Shown: positions 9,386 through 21,788 of the stretch, in pieces
How the letters are laid out: the number at the start of each line of letters is the position of its first letter
How positions within the stretch are numbered: position 1 is the stretch's first letter
Source: Rhodosorus marinus CCMP1338
Taxonomy: Eukaryota > Plantae > Rhodophyta
NCBI GenBank assembly: GCA_029953675.1
Contig: JAMWBK010000001.1
Span: forward strand, 3,038,001-3,102,000
Length of the DNA: 64,000 nt
Reading direction: 5' to 3'
The notes under the pieces: model-generated
Told to the model about the DNA's origin: nothing
Seen by the model: only the letters and a program-made list of their open reading frames with translations
The model's database searches: none
Program-made: the position numbers and the translations under genes

Positions 9386-11309
9386 CGCTATCTTAACCTA
9401 AGCCAGAAGAAACTCTGTTTTTTTATTCTATTCCCTTTCTTCACTCCCTTTTTTTCCGCTTCCCAGTGAACTCGAAGCCCTTCAGTTCACTAGTATCCCT
9501 GAGACTCTCTGTGGGGAAGATCTGCTTCTAGCGTCGGCAGATCTAGTGTAACATCCATGGTGATTGATACTATAGTGATCGATTCCATAGGGATTGATAC
9601 TGTCGACGTTGCTATCGTTACTATGGTCGTAGCGTGTTCTCGTGGATCTTCACAATTCTCCCCCTTTCCCGGTTAATAGACCCCTGGAGGGGCCCAAAAG
9701 AACAAGTTCGTTTTTGGTTTCAGGTTAACCAGGCATTGAGGTAGGCTCTCACAACGACATACCAAGATGGATGACTTGAGGGAGCAAAGTTGGTGGTTAA
9801 AAGTGACGTCCTCTTCGAATTTTTGCTTCGGTTGATGAAGTATGCGCTTCACTTTTCAGTCTCCGAATAAACGCATTCACGATTACTTACTATCTGAACT
9901 GCTGGAAAAATCATGGAATGGGTGGAACTGTGTCCGTTTTTCATATACCCTTGGTTGAACCTCACCGTCGCGGCAATCGAACACGCTTAGTCCAAGTCAT
10001 TTGGACTTTGAAAGACTTTTTTCATGGAAACGTCGTGATCTCCGAGAGCTTAGCCTTTCCATCGCCGCTGGCAAGCGGTAGGGCTTTGGCTGTCATGCGG
10101 ACCTGCAAAACGTCTATTCGGATCTATGGCTGTGACGATAAGGGCGCTGAACTGCTGATTGGAAAACGCTGATTGTTTTGGCGGGGAAGATTGCCGCGGT
10201 TCGATGCTCCTGCGTTTTTTGGCGTGTGTGACTCTGATAGGCATTCGGAGAACATCACGAACTACCACAAGCTGTAGTGGTGCGGGACCGAGCCCCAATC
10301 CTCACCTCGCAGGGAAGAAAACAGGCTAATGTAGTCACTTCTTTTTCAACGGCGTATTTTCTGAGGGACAAAATAAAAGCATATGGATCCATAACCAGTT
10401 ATTCAACACACTAGCAACAACCGGAGTCAAGCCGAGCACTGCTAATCTCATTGGCATGCTGGTGTTCCACGGGCACTGAAATTCCACTCCAGTCAATCTA
10501 TTCAGACTGTTGTCCGTCTTCGGTTGACTGCGGACTACATAAGGTCCCTCAACTTTGTTTTCAGTTTTGGCGTTCCCCGCGAGAAAGCGATACGTTGCGG
10601 CTCATGTACATCTTTTACACTTTTTACAGTTTTTTACGTTTGTAAAAACTGCAAAAAAGTGTACTCCGCGAGGTAGGAGTGCCGCCCCCTTTGATTCCAT
10701 GCAGGTAGTTGCGGACGATCCAGAAAACTTGTGTTTGACTATTGCTACGGTCAGTCCGCCGGTAGAGCCAGAGCGTTTTGTGGGCGGAAGATCTAGACTT
10801 TAATCGAAGCTCTCGCGTCGTGTCTTCAGGACACGAAAAAGTAGTCATGAATGCGTCGAAAGTACTAAATAGTGCTGTTCGATATCTAGGGAGGATGCTC
10901 CCAAACCGGCCTTTGACTTCGAGAAGGGCTCTCGACAAGTTTTTGCCCACGGCACCGACTTCATTGGACAAGGAACGTGATCAGATCAATGAGATTCTGG
11001 GAGAACTTTGTGCTAGTTTCCACCGCCAGCGTCTTAAGAGAGCGGCGGAGACCCATCAACTCAAGCACCCGCGCAAGGAGAACAAGAAATTTCAAGGATG
11101 GTTTCTTTGAGCTATGAGGAGCATGTGATTTAGTCTTCAAGCTAAGAGACTAGGACTGCTAGGAAACCTCGAGGTAATCGCGGGAAAGCGTCTGCGTTCA
11201 TGCAAGCTAATGACAGTGACTATCCAACAGCTGCTTCACGATCTCTACTATCTTTAAGCATCTCTACTATCTTTCGCCATACTCGTCAGAATCTATACAC
11301 GCGAGCCAC

Positions 11310-13758
11310 TTAAACAATTTTTCCTACAGTCCTATTTGACTCTACAAAAATGGTTCTGGCCAAGTTGGTTACATCTTCTGGTTTCACTTCGTCCTGGACC
11401 ATGAAACGCTTACTATTGAGCAGCTGCACAGAAGTAGCGGTTGATTCAAGAAACACTTACCAGTGCGCTTAGAAGACGGAAAGCGTTCTTTGCGTCTCCA
11501 GTCTTTGCAGCAAATTCACAAAGAAACCCAGCCATTGTCTCGTTACTCTGGAACGCGTTGAGATAAGATACCTTCAAAGATCTCTACGGAAGCAGAAGAG
11601 GGTCATTGCTTAGGACTTGAAAAGCAGTAAATAGATGAGACATTTTACAAGTCCCTCGCACCTTAATCTGAGCCAATTCAGAAGGTCTCACCCCTTCTCT
11701 CTTCAGCGTTTCGATCTGCTCTCTGAGGGCGTCTCTTACTGAGTCCAACGACTTGCCAGGTGCCGGAAGGGCGAAAAGCAGCCCAAGAGACGCATACTTA
11801 TCACCAGGAAAACCTGATGAAAACGACGCCTGCAAAGCAATCCGCTTGTCCAATACCAGCGAACGAAACAGCCTCGATGTTCTACCACCGCTGAGGACAC
11901 CTTCTAGCAGTCGCAGAGCCTTGGTGGAGAGAACAAGTGGCTTAATTAACCAATGTACAAGGCCAGTCATAATACGCTTACTTATTTTTGGTGCGGTAAG
12001 TGGCTCACTGGATACTCTGGTGCCCCAAAGGCTGGGACATGATAGCCCTCCACATACCAAGGCTCGGAATCGAGTTTCATGACCACGGATTTCTCTTGTT
12101 TCTGAACCGGTTCTTCCGGTATTGACCTGTTACTTTTCTCTCCGGCCTCGAACCCTCCGAAGTATTTCTCCGCAAGTTTTTTCACCTGTTTTGTTTGATC
12201 CGTTCGTGTTTAAGGAATGTAAGATACTTAACACTGTTGGATGGACTCCTCAGGTCTCCGCTTTTGTTCACTTCGAGAGCAGTTTACCTCTTCTACATTA
12301 GTATCACCGACAATGCCAAACGTAATATTCTCTGGGCGATAGTACTTGCGAAAGAAACTCATGACGTCGGCTCTCGATAGTCCTATGAGCTCAATACAGC
12401 ACAAGTAGTCAGTCGCAGAGTTGAAGCTCGTTTTCCTCTTGTTCTGAGGAGATTTTACCTCGAATGTCTTGCTCAAACCCGATGACAGGACGTCTGTAAG
12501 GGTGCTCATCGTAAGCTTTCATGAGATATTGTTCAAGGAACTTGCCGACCGAATCATTGTCTACGCGCAGCTTTCGTTCTTCCAGAACCACCGCCCTAGA
12601 CTCAAACGAAATGAAATGGTTGGCCACTAAGATGGAGTAGGACAGGCAGGCTAGAGCTTGGAAGTCTTACTTTTCTTTTTCAAACTGTCGAAAGACCGGC
12701 TTTTGAAACCGTTCAGATTCCAGAGCAAACCAAAGTTCCGTCTTGTTGCTCGGAAAACTAAATAGAAGCAGAAACCTTGCGTGAGAGGTGCACTTTTGTG
12801 CTTGCACACCTCAAGGGGAAACTGGCTACTCACTTGTAAAAGTATTGGGTACTGTCGATCGAGGTTGCAGCGTTTAGACCAACTCCACCCCTAGTTTTCA
12901 GACGGAAGAAGCAACGAAAACGTGAGTGAGTTGATATATGAGCTCTGTGAGACGCGGGATTGATCATCTTCGTGCGTTGTCGTACTCCTGCTGGACGATT
13001 CTCGAAAAATCATTTGAAATCACAAGCTCCTCAGCTTGCGCGGTCGCAGACAGGATCTTCTCATCGATTGTGGACAGTTTTCTCTTTTTCTTATCACTGA
13101 TCTGCTTTTTTTGCTCGTTCAGGTCGTCGATTTCGTTGAGCAAAGCAATTTCCCTAGCGTAGTCCCTGTTCGTTGTGCGCCATCGTTAGATCTTTGATTT
13201 CGTATGTTGGCTTCCTGGTGAGCACATAGCATACTTTGTGCCGATCGTCTGTGTTCCTTTGAATGCAAGATGCTCCAGAAAGTGTGCTATGCCTGTCTTT
13301 CCAGCAACTTCGTCGGATGCTCCAACGTCAACATACGTAACGAACGAAACAGTCGGACTAACTCCTTTTTGAGCACACGAAATGCTCAACGTTAAACCCC
13401 AAGCGAGATAATCATGACTAAGATAGGATTCAAACTTTACCTCTTTCGAGTACGACAAACTTAAAACCGTTCGGGAGCGTGAAGCTATCCACTCTGCAAG
13501 GCGAAGGAGTGTGAGCTAATGAAGTTCCCATCAAAGAGAGCATTCAATTTGTCCACTTCCGTACCTAGATGCATATCCCCTGATATCCTCTGGAATCCGA
13601 TCATCATCCGCAAACGCAACCTTCACCGGGCCCGGAAGCATAAATGCCCCAAACGAAGATACTAGCTTCATGACAGATCTGCGTGACACCTGAGCCGGAT
13701 CTGAACGCTGCTCACCGCAGCGCATAACGACCGAGGTCGCAAACGCCATTCGATCCAT
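11310..13758 (-). CDS. M16 (insulinase-family) zinc peptidase, cyanobacterial-like, multi-exon, with predicted plastid and Tat targeting
   Basis: GIAHFLEHLAFKG (HxxEH), LNAATS, EERKLR, HPYRRPVIG, YYRPEN, GGRTSRL motifs in successive exons separated by GT-AG introns; stop TAA at 11310-11312. Confidence 0.92.
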
Positions 13759-14099
13759 CTAGAACTTCACTTGTAAATTGTTCTTTCTAGTAATCGGTAT
13801 TTTGTTCGCTCAATCGACTCCCGATCGCCCAACGTCCGACCCACTACGATCGCCAACAGTCATGCCGCTGGAGGAGTCACACACCATCGATCCCCGGAAA
13901 TCTCCTAGGGGACAGCTTGTCCCAAAGTAGTTTGTCCCATTGCATTGTGGGACAACATGGGGTCTGCCAATTGGCAATCAATTGCCTTCCATTGTCAGAA
14001 GCGTAGGAGTTTGATTTCGCTTCACGGGCCTAGTCTCACCAGGCCTGGGCGTTCTGGATGCTTGAGATATAGCTAAGGTAATCTGCTTGAGAAAAATAT

Positions 14100-15467
14100 C
14101 ATGCTGTAGCAGCCGATCAGCAGGAGCTGCGAGAAGCTATTTCTTGAATGCTCTGCATTTCGCGAAATTATCCTTGAGCTGAAACGAGCGAGGAACTATG
14201 GATCTATCGATTTTGGATTTAGTTCATGTCCCATGAAGTCCATTAAACTCCATCCTTGCCAAATGCTCAACGGACGGACTGAAATCGCATATTCCTCACA
14301 GTATTCCCCACACTTACTTTCGCAGTGAACCAGCGAAAGCCACCGTGTTCCCCATAGTTCCTCGCATAAAAGCGGAGAATATCGAAGAACCCGACCCACT
14401 TGACCCAACCCTACCTGCGGCGCAAGCGAACTGCTTCAGCAACTGCTTCAGCAGGCGGTCCAAAAAGAGGATCCCGTGTCGACAAAGTCGATCTGACCAT
14501 GTTGACATGGGAACCGAAGGATGTTGGACAGTGACAGAGTAGCAGTCACTGTCATGCGAGCTGAACATATGCAGGGCCCGTTCCTTTTCCACTTGGTCCA
14601 CATCTTCCGCGAAAAGCTGGCCAGCAACAACCTCTTTCCCCGATGTGCCTACCCGTCAATACCGAAACGGCTTTCTCGACCTGGGCTAGCATCGCGCTCT
14701 TCTCGGGTGCGTTGAACTGAAGAAGCGTTGCCGCGCTTCTGGGGAGAGCCTGGTACGTACTCTACGTCCTGCAAGCATCTTCTTCAAGCGCACTACATGG
14801 CTGTCGTTTTGCAAACTCGCTACGATGTAGCTCCTCTGATCGTCAAGATGCAAGGTTCCACTGTACAAGGTCGTGGTTTACTAATTGTGAACACGAGCTT
14901 CCCACCTGAATGCTAACCCCGAGAATGCGCACTTCTCTCAGCTAGTCGTTGCGTCTCATGGAAACCGATCTCATGTCGGGAGACCTCATACTATACCAAC
15001 AGGAAGTTGTTGCACAGAAGGCAAATCTTAACAGACTGCTTGACGAGTTGGCTTGCCAGAATGTCAAAAACGTCTTTGACATAGTGTACACTGAGGATCA
15101 GAGTGAGGACGGATTCGAGACCGTTATGCTGCTCGTCAAGCTCGACTATACCCCTCCCTCCGTGTCCAGCATCTCAGTGCTGTTATCGAGTCTTGACGGG
15201 TTTGCTGGCTTCGTAGTGTTAGCCTCTGCAACAAGGGGCCTGCGGAGGGGTGTGTGAGGAATTCGAGCAGAACCTGAGGTTGTGAGACGCTGGAACCAAC
15301 GAGGGAGCTCTCTTCGAATCCAAGAATGGGAAACGGTCTCGGGAGATCCCCATCGCGTTCATCTTGGACTTGAGATTCGACGGATCATTGTCGGAACCGT
15401 CAAGATCATCCAGGTGTGTATTTTCTATAAGATCGTGCGCAGAGCACGAACTTCCTTTATCAGTTGA
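14100..15467 (+). CDS. Possible spliced hypothetical gene or pseudogene (unresolved)
   Basis: Several protein-like ORF segments and one CTAAC..CAG intron-like stretch; no coherent model or homology found. Confidence 0.2.
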
Positions 15468-15620
15468 GAAACACTAGCGCCCAACGATGCGCAGCCAATC
15501 TTGTATTGGACAAGTAGACGTCAATGCTCAATCGCGTACATGAGAATCGCATTCATTGTTGGTCACACGTCCAGTAGAGGCCAGTCACGTAGAACAACGA
15601 ACAGCCGCCATCCTCGAGCA

Positions 15621-17492
15621 TCAAAGAGCTATTTGCAGAGCTGACAGCGCATAACCGGTCAGTTTCGCCCAAACGAAAAATTCAGCAAAGCTGACCGATG
15701 TAAGTTCCAAGCGAGGATCCCCTGGGTAAGACTCTTCGATTAATGCGTATACATTTTCGAACTCGGCTCTTAGTTTTTCCAGTAGTTCTTCATTAGTGGT
15801 TTCAAGAGAGAACGCCTGTCCTTTCATAGCCGATGTAGCCCGAACGAACTCACCGGCGGTCAAGAGCCCGTCGCTGTCTTGGTCGATCCTGTCAAATATG
15901 ATCCGATAGCGGATCTTCTCCATATTCATCTCCTTATCCTCATCGAGAGCTAGTTCTGAGAATGCTTCGCGGAAGATATTGATAGAGACTTCCTGTACAT
16001 CCTGCAATGGCTTGCCATCATCATCTTTCTTCCCTCCCCTAAAATCGTGCGTCTCAACGAGCTTGCTAGCGTAGTACAGCAGGTAAGTAGTGACCTCAAT
16101 GGTCACGGATTCTCCAAAGGCCTCCTTCAGTCTCGAAGAGTTTGCAGGACTCAAGCTCACAGGGGTGACTGGCAGCTTGATAAATCTGGCGATTTCCACT
16201 GATTTCGACTTCTCCGTTGGCGTTAGAACCTCCCATTCATAGGTCTGATCGAGCTGTGTCATGCTGACGAAGACATCCTCCAGCGCCTTTGACTGAGCTG
16301 CCGTTGACCGAATGCGGCTCTCCAGTCCGAGCAGGTTTGAGAGGTAGTTCGCCGTACCGTGATCAGAAACAAGTTCCCCGATCTTTTCTCGGTCGGATGT
16401 GAACCCTTTGGTCTCATCATAGTTGATGATAAACCGTAATTCATCCATGATGATCGGAATACCAACATGGTGACGATTTGGAGCTGGCAACCGGGCTACG
16501 ATGTCCTCATCGTTCCGCATACGATAGGTATGAGGCACACGCTTAAAATAATCGTTTCGCAGGCGCCAACCCATTCCCTTCGGAGATCCTATTGTATAGC
16601 AGACCAAGCGCTCCTCAAGCGGGAGCCCTGTAGCCTCCAGCTCAGTCTCCATTATGTATGACATGGCGTGAGCATTTAGGTGAGCCAAGATCCCCCCCAG
16701 ACTATGACCTGTTGTGAAGATGCGCTTGTATTTACCAGTGCTCCACATTTCCTTCACAACAGCGGTCAAATCATTGATCACAGCCTCATGACTTCTCACG
16801 AAGCCCCGGGAGGCGTAGAATTTCTCTCCACCCTGATGGCGGTATGGCCAGAAACGAGGAAAGAACCTGACATCATTGAGTCCATCGACTTTAGACTGTG
16901 TCCCTTGCCATATAATGTATATTGTCTCCCGGGCCACGTCGTGCATCACGAGCAAGTCTGTGTCCGTCTCGAATTCCTTAATGATACCGGAACTGACCCT
17001 ACCTTTACCGCGCGATAGGCTCCGGTTGTATTCTGGCCCAATTAGTTTTGGTGAAAATCCGCGGAAGAGAGCTGGAATCTTGTTTGACGCGAGCAGCATC
17101 CCTATGGATTGATGTTCAGGATGAGTCACGCTGAATCCTTCAATGGGCCTCGGCGCCGACTGCCAATAAGAGCCGGCTTCCAGGTACCCAAAAATGGCCA
17201 ATCGAACTGACAAATTGGCAAACTCCGAGCTAAACCTGCCATTTTCTCTTTTGGACTCGTCAACAAGTTCACTAAGCTCAGTATCCAGCTGGTACGTGAT
17301 CAAACTATCGACTGGCGCTGGTCTCCAGAATAGACCGACGACTCCACCAGCTCCCCTAACCGCCCCAATCGATGCTGCCTGGGCGAACCTTGCCGCATTC
17401 CCTGTCGCCGTCGAGACTCCCCCAAAGAAATTCGTAAACAAATTCCCCTGATTATCCCGCGGGTCCATCACTATCCCTGAGTCATCTGCCAT
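15621..17492 (-). CDS. Class 3 lipase with C-terminal EF-hand
   Basis: 623-aa ORF; TGHSLGG nucleophile elbow, DIVARLP (Asp), DHGT (His); EF loop DQDSDGLLTAGE. Confidence 0.92.
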   Translation of the reverse strand: MADDSGIVMDPRDNQGNLFTNFFGGVSTATGNAARFAQAASIGAVRGAGGVVGLFWRPAPVDSLITYQLDTELSELVDESKRENGRFSSEFANLSVRLAIFGYLEAGSYWQSAPRPIEGFSVTHPEHQSIGMLLASNKIPALFRGFSPKLIGPEYNRSLSRGKGRVSSGIIKEFETDTDLLVMHDVARETIYIIWQGTQSKVDGLNDVRFFPRFWPYRHQGGEKFYASRGFVRSHEAVINDLTAVVKEMWSTGKYKRIFTTGHSLGGILAHLNAHAMSYIMETELEATGLPLEERLVCYTIGSPKGMGWRLRNDYFKRVPHTYRMRNDEDIVARLPAPNRHHVGIPIIMDELRFIINYDETKGFTSDREKIGELVSDHGTANYLSNLLGLESRIRSTAAQSKALEDVFVSMTQLDQTYEWEVLTPTEKSKSVEIARFIKLPVTPVSLSPANSSRLKEAFGESVTIEVTTYLLYYASKLVETHDFRGGKKDDDGKPLQDVQEVSINIFREAFSELALDEDKEMNMEKIRYRIIFDRIDQDSDGLLTAGEFVRATSAMKGQAFSLETTNEELLEKLRAEFENVYALIEESYPGDPRLELTSVSFAEFFVWAKLTGYALSALQIAL

Positions 17493-19022
17493 GTCTCAAT
17501 CTCGGTCCTTTGCGGCCCGTGCCCGCTGAGAACTATGACGACCAACCTGCAACCCCCTGCCCCGGATCGGAAAAGACGAGCTCCGAGCGCGCGAATCCAC
17601 AACCGCAGTGACCTGCTGCAATTCCCAGTTCAACTTAGTCCACAGAATATTAAATCCCTTAATCCTCCGTCCAGCCAGTACTATCACCCACCGAATCCAC
17701 AGGCTGACCGAACCCCTCAACAGCAATCAGTCGATTTGCTCCTAACTACCACTGCCACATACCTTGATCAAAGAATCCGTCGATTGGCGATGAATGCAAA
17801 CGGTAACTGAAGCGCAAAACGTATCTCCAGTAGTAACGCCAATGCTTATAATAGAATTTAGGGCTCAACCCTCCGATGTACGTTTTGGACCCCCCCCCCC
17901 CTCCGTTATGCCCTCCCACCCCTTTTCCTATTCCACTCCGATCGACCGATCCGGATCTAATTGGCATAAACCGAACAATGCACTTCCTAAGCAGATCCTA
18001 GGTAAGGGGGGGGAGGGAGGGCGGGAGGAGAGGAAGGGGCCGGGGGGGGAGGGGTGTTTGGGATGTGGTCGCGGTTGGTGCTTCGATTTTGTTTGGTTTC
18101 TTGTTTTGCTTTTCCTTTATTATATTAGAAAAGAAAAAATCATTCGGTTTCAATTAAACGGCAACAATTTGATTGACTTCTCGGGATGGTGATGTATGTG
18201 CTCTTGACAGGGCGAATGGGGTCGCCAGGGACAGTCGCATCATGCTCGCGGGGAAGCCGGCAGGTGGCTCTTCTGGGGAAGATGAGGAGACATATCTTTG
18301 GTTGTCTTTGCACCTTTTGGTAAGGTCCTCCGGGTTTTTCTTTATCCATTCTCACGGAGCCCGCTTGTCGGTATTGAAGAAAACAACATGGTGGTGTGCA
18401 GATTCGATGCTGATGGAATGGCCGCTGAAGTTGGGCTTTTCCGGGCGTGTAAAACGGCGTAATATGGCGTGTATCAATCAAAGAATAGAAGTGAGTACGG
18501 TTAATTTCAGGTGCAGAATGCCTCGCTTTCTCCGGAGTTCGAGAGTGATCTGTAACTGCGGGTGACTGTACCAAGTCCCGGTACTTCCTGAAATTCGTAA
18601 CCTCTCGTCGTAGTTGCGAGTACGACCTGGACAGCTCGCAGTTATGCTTTGCTCAAACATTCCCATCTCAAGCTGGTGAGGGACCCGGACAAGCAGTTGC
18701 ACCGGGAATAGGATTCTGGAGCAAGCGTACCTGCCCGCCAAAAGCGGGAAAAAGCAAGCCTGCCCTTGCCCGCTCTTCATAGTCCACCATGAGTGTAAAA
18801 CTAAAAGCTTTTTGGCTTTCAGGTTTTTAGTAATTTACAACGGTGAAGCTCCTACAGGATCATCGGGACTTGATCGAAGTGGGTAGTCAGTGTGGTGGAG
18901 CCTTCCTCCATTTTCACACCTGTGGTCTCCCGCTTCGGGATCATTTGGAGTTCGATATTTGCTGAGCAAGTCACTGTGTCAGCTACGATAGCCTCATCCT
19001 TCGACTGAAGCACAGGTTAACG

Positions 19023-20126
19023 CTAAAGACTGGAGCCATCGGCTCCGAGAGAGAGCACAGACCGGAGGTTTTCGGTACCAAGATTCGACCCGCAGACTAC
19101 CGCCACCACTGACTTGCCTGCATAGTCCTTGGTCTGCTTGCAAGTCTTCAGTAACGCTGCGATCGCTACTGCCGCTGCTCCTTCGACAATTTTTGAATGA
19201 TGCTGTATCATCCCGAGAACGGCGGTAGCGATCTCCTCCTCACTCACCAGTACCCACTCGTCCACAAGGGTTTTGCACAAGTCGAAAGTAAAACCGCCAT
19301 CGTCCAACCCACCCGCACTTCCATCGCTGAGCGTTGGAAGCGAGGGTAGGTCTAAGATTCGCCCTGCCTTGACAGACTCTGACATCACCGCGCTGGCTTC
19401 AGGTTGGCAGCCAACGATGGTGGTCCCTGGTGAGAGCTTTCGAAAGTAGGAAGCGATACCTCCGATCATTCCCCCCCCTCCGACGCAGATAAATACGGCG
19501 TCGATCGTTGGTAGCTGCTGTACGAGCTCGCACGCAATTGTCCCCTGTCCAGCACAAACACTCAAGTCTGTATACGGAGAAATGTACACCCGATCGGACT
19601 GTTTTGCAGCGTCCACAGCGGCTCGCTCGGTCTCAAGGCAGTCGGAGCCACTTGTGAATTCAATATTCACGGTATAGCTCGAGAGAGCGAGAAGCTTTCC
19701 AGAGCTGACTTTCTCTGGAAGAAAGATGGAGTTTTGACTCCCGGAAGTGGTGAGGCCAGCAACCTCAAGAGCTTCTGCTACTGCCTTTCCGTGGTTCCCT
19801 GTTGAGGCAGTTACGAATCCACGCTCCCTCTCCCTCGCACTCGATGAAAGAATTTTGTTCATAGCTCCCCTGAACTTGAAGGAACCGGTCCTTTGCTCGC
19901 TCTCCAGCTTGAGATGTACGTCGGCTCCCGTTAGCGAACTCAGCCACTTGGACCGCACCAAAGGTGTGACGTAAGCATAACCGTTCAGAAGCTCACGAGC
20001 TTTTCGCACTTCGTTGAATACCTCGTCCAAGAGGTGCTCAATATTATTGTTTTCATCCATGGGCCCAACATTCGAAAGTCGTACCAATCCTTTACTCTCA
20101 ATTTTGATTCCCTGAACGTACCGCAA
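19023..20126 (-). CDS. PLP-dependent threonine dehydratase / serine racemase family enzyme (fold type II)
   Basis: LKLESEQRTGSFKFRGA (PLP Lys), ASTGNHG, VGGGGMIGG, EGAAA, CGSN; intronless; true start may be the downstream MDENN. Confidence 0.93.
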   Translation of the reverse strand: MRYVQGIKIESKGLVRLSNVGPMDENNNIEHLLDEVFNEVRKARELLNGYAYVTPLVRSKWLSSLTGADVHLKLESEQRTGSFKFRGAMNKILSSSARERERGFVTASTGNHGKAVAEALEVAGLTTSGSQNSIFLPEKVSSGKLLALSSYTVNIEFTSGSDCLETERAAVDAAKQSDRVYISPYTDLSVCAGQGTIACELVQQLPTIDAVFICVGGGGMIGGIASYFRKLSPGTTIVGCQPEASAVMSESVKAGRILDLPSLPTLSDGSAGGLDDGGFTFDLCKTLVDEWVLVSEEEIATAVLGMIQHHSKIVEGAAAVAIAALLKTCKQTKDYAGKSVVAVVCGSNLGTENLRSVLSLGADGSSL

Positions 20127-20540
20127 AAGTATGAAAGGTCATAGTGAAATTAACCTCCAACTACTGAGGCGTTCCAGGGGACCCAGACAAGGGCGGCTCT
20201 TCCTGCACAGCAAACAGAATCCCGCTTGGAAACGAACGTCGACCAACTTTCGATGTGTCCTCTTACAAAGTGCTTTTAGGTCGCATTTCCTTTTTAGGTT
20301 CAAGTAGTGGTTCAGTGCCAACCAGTGAGTTGGAAGTGTTTCCGGCTCCATGTTGCAACATGCTTCCCAGAGGAGGGCTCTTGAGGACTTCCCACAGGCC
20401 TGGAGATCGCTTCTGGAGAGGGAAGATTTTCGTTTCTACTACGTGCATGGATGATGGGCAATGTTCTGTTCGCGACAAGTCGCGTTCTGTTCAATGTTTA
20501 ATAGGCATTTCTCGCCGGCACTAGGATTCTCTGTCCGTTC

Positions 20541-21788
20541 TCACAGTGCTGGGAGTATTGTTAGCATTTTTTTGTTGTGGGAGATGCCGATGGTACCATG
20601 CTCGCTTGTGGGAAAAGTGAATTGGTCTGTTTCGCCATGGAAGCCAGGGATCGTCACCATCAGAATAAGCGCGCTGAAGCGCGATTTGTTCTCCCACTCG
20701 TAGAACTCCCCCGTCGTGAATCGAAATGCCGGCCACGGTCCAGTTACGGATGCGCGTTTAGCCGGGGAGCTTTCGTCCTTGGCCCGTCGTAGTTCAAGCT
20801 TTCCCGACAAGCACTTGGCGAAGTTTTGACCCTCCTTCACATGGAACTGAAGTTTTTCTCCCATCGTGACCACTGCGACACCAATAAAGTGGTCATCAGT
20901 GGAGTCCAGGACCAGCACATGCGAGGAGTGCTCCATCCTCATCGCCTTCCAGTGCACGCGGACCCTATCCGCCGATGTACCATCCAGATATCTCAAAAGT
21001 TTAGACGCTGAAGCGTCGTCACCGTTTTCGAGGAGCTTGACAACAGGTTGTAGGTCATATTGGACTGTCGATTCGCGAACGCCGCCGGACAACGGCCTGT
21101 ACGAGCTCGTGCGTCGAAACTTGGAATACATGTCCAGTGCAAGAAGTTTGCTTTCCACCTCGTTCATGAGCTTCCTCAGCGAGTTCGAGAGAAAGAAAGG
21201 GGTGTCGAGCACAGCCAGGAGAAAAGTATTCCGCAGGTCCAGACCCGTTTTCTTGTCATGCTTCTTCAGGATTTTCCTGAACCCTGTATAGTTGATCACC
21301 GAAAAGTTTTCTAGCAGCACCAACTCACTTTGAAAGTCTATGAGTTTTCTGCACAAGTCTTGGACTCGTCGTCGATCCACGGAGTCTTCCTTCTTCTACG
21401 CATGCATCGCACAGATAAGTGTTAGTGACCGAGGACTTCGCACCACATGTAGTTCTGAAGCCCGGCAGGATTTTCCTCAGCTTACCAGATCATCCACACG
21501 GGAAGCTAGGAGTTGACATCGAATAATAAAGTCCTCCTCCATGTCCAAGAAAAAGTTGTTCACCTTCTCCACTTCCGACCGCAATGCCTCTAGAAACTGG
21601 ACCGTATTGGGCCTATCGCTCCCGGGACGAATGACTCCTTCGGCGGAGGAGTCGCTGTTTCCCTCTACATCCTCCCCAGCTATCTCGCCATTGATCTTTT
21701 TCTTTAGGTCCTTGTAATCCATAAAGTTCGGCCGCCATTCAGGCAGGCTTTCCTCAACAGTCTGTTTCAACTGTTTCCCAAACTTCAT
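20541..21788 (-). CDS. SPX-domain protein with C-terminal degenerate ADO/PCO-like cupin (2 exons: 21788-21486, 21395-20541; 385 aa)
   Basis: MKFGK...W..FMDYKDLKKKI and NYTGFRKILKKHDK SPX signatures; GTAAG donor at 21485, CACTAAC branch, TAG acceptor, phase-0 in-frame join. Confidence 0.88.

Noticed and set aside
9660-11110. Several 65-115 aa ORFs
   Set aside because: No coherent gene model or recognisable family; only a possible family B 3' end trace near 9850-9880
13905-13960. TTGTCCCA-N8-TGGGACAA hairpin
   Set aside because: An 8-bp stem can occur by chance; similarity to the 47.5-kb minisatellite is probably coincidental
18140-18780. Overlapping 100-144 aa ORFs on both strands
   Set aside because: No motifs and no consistent splice model
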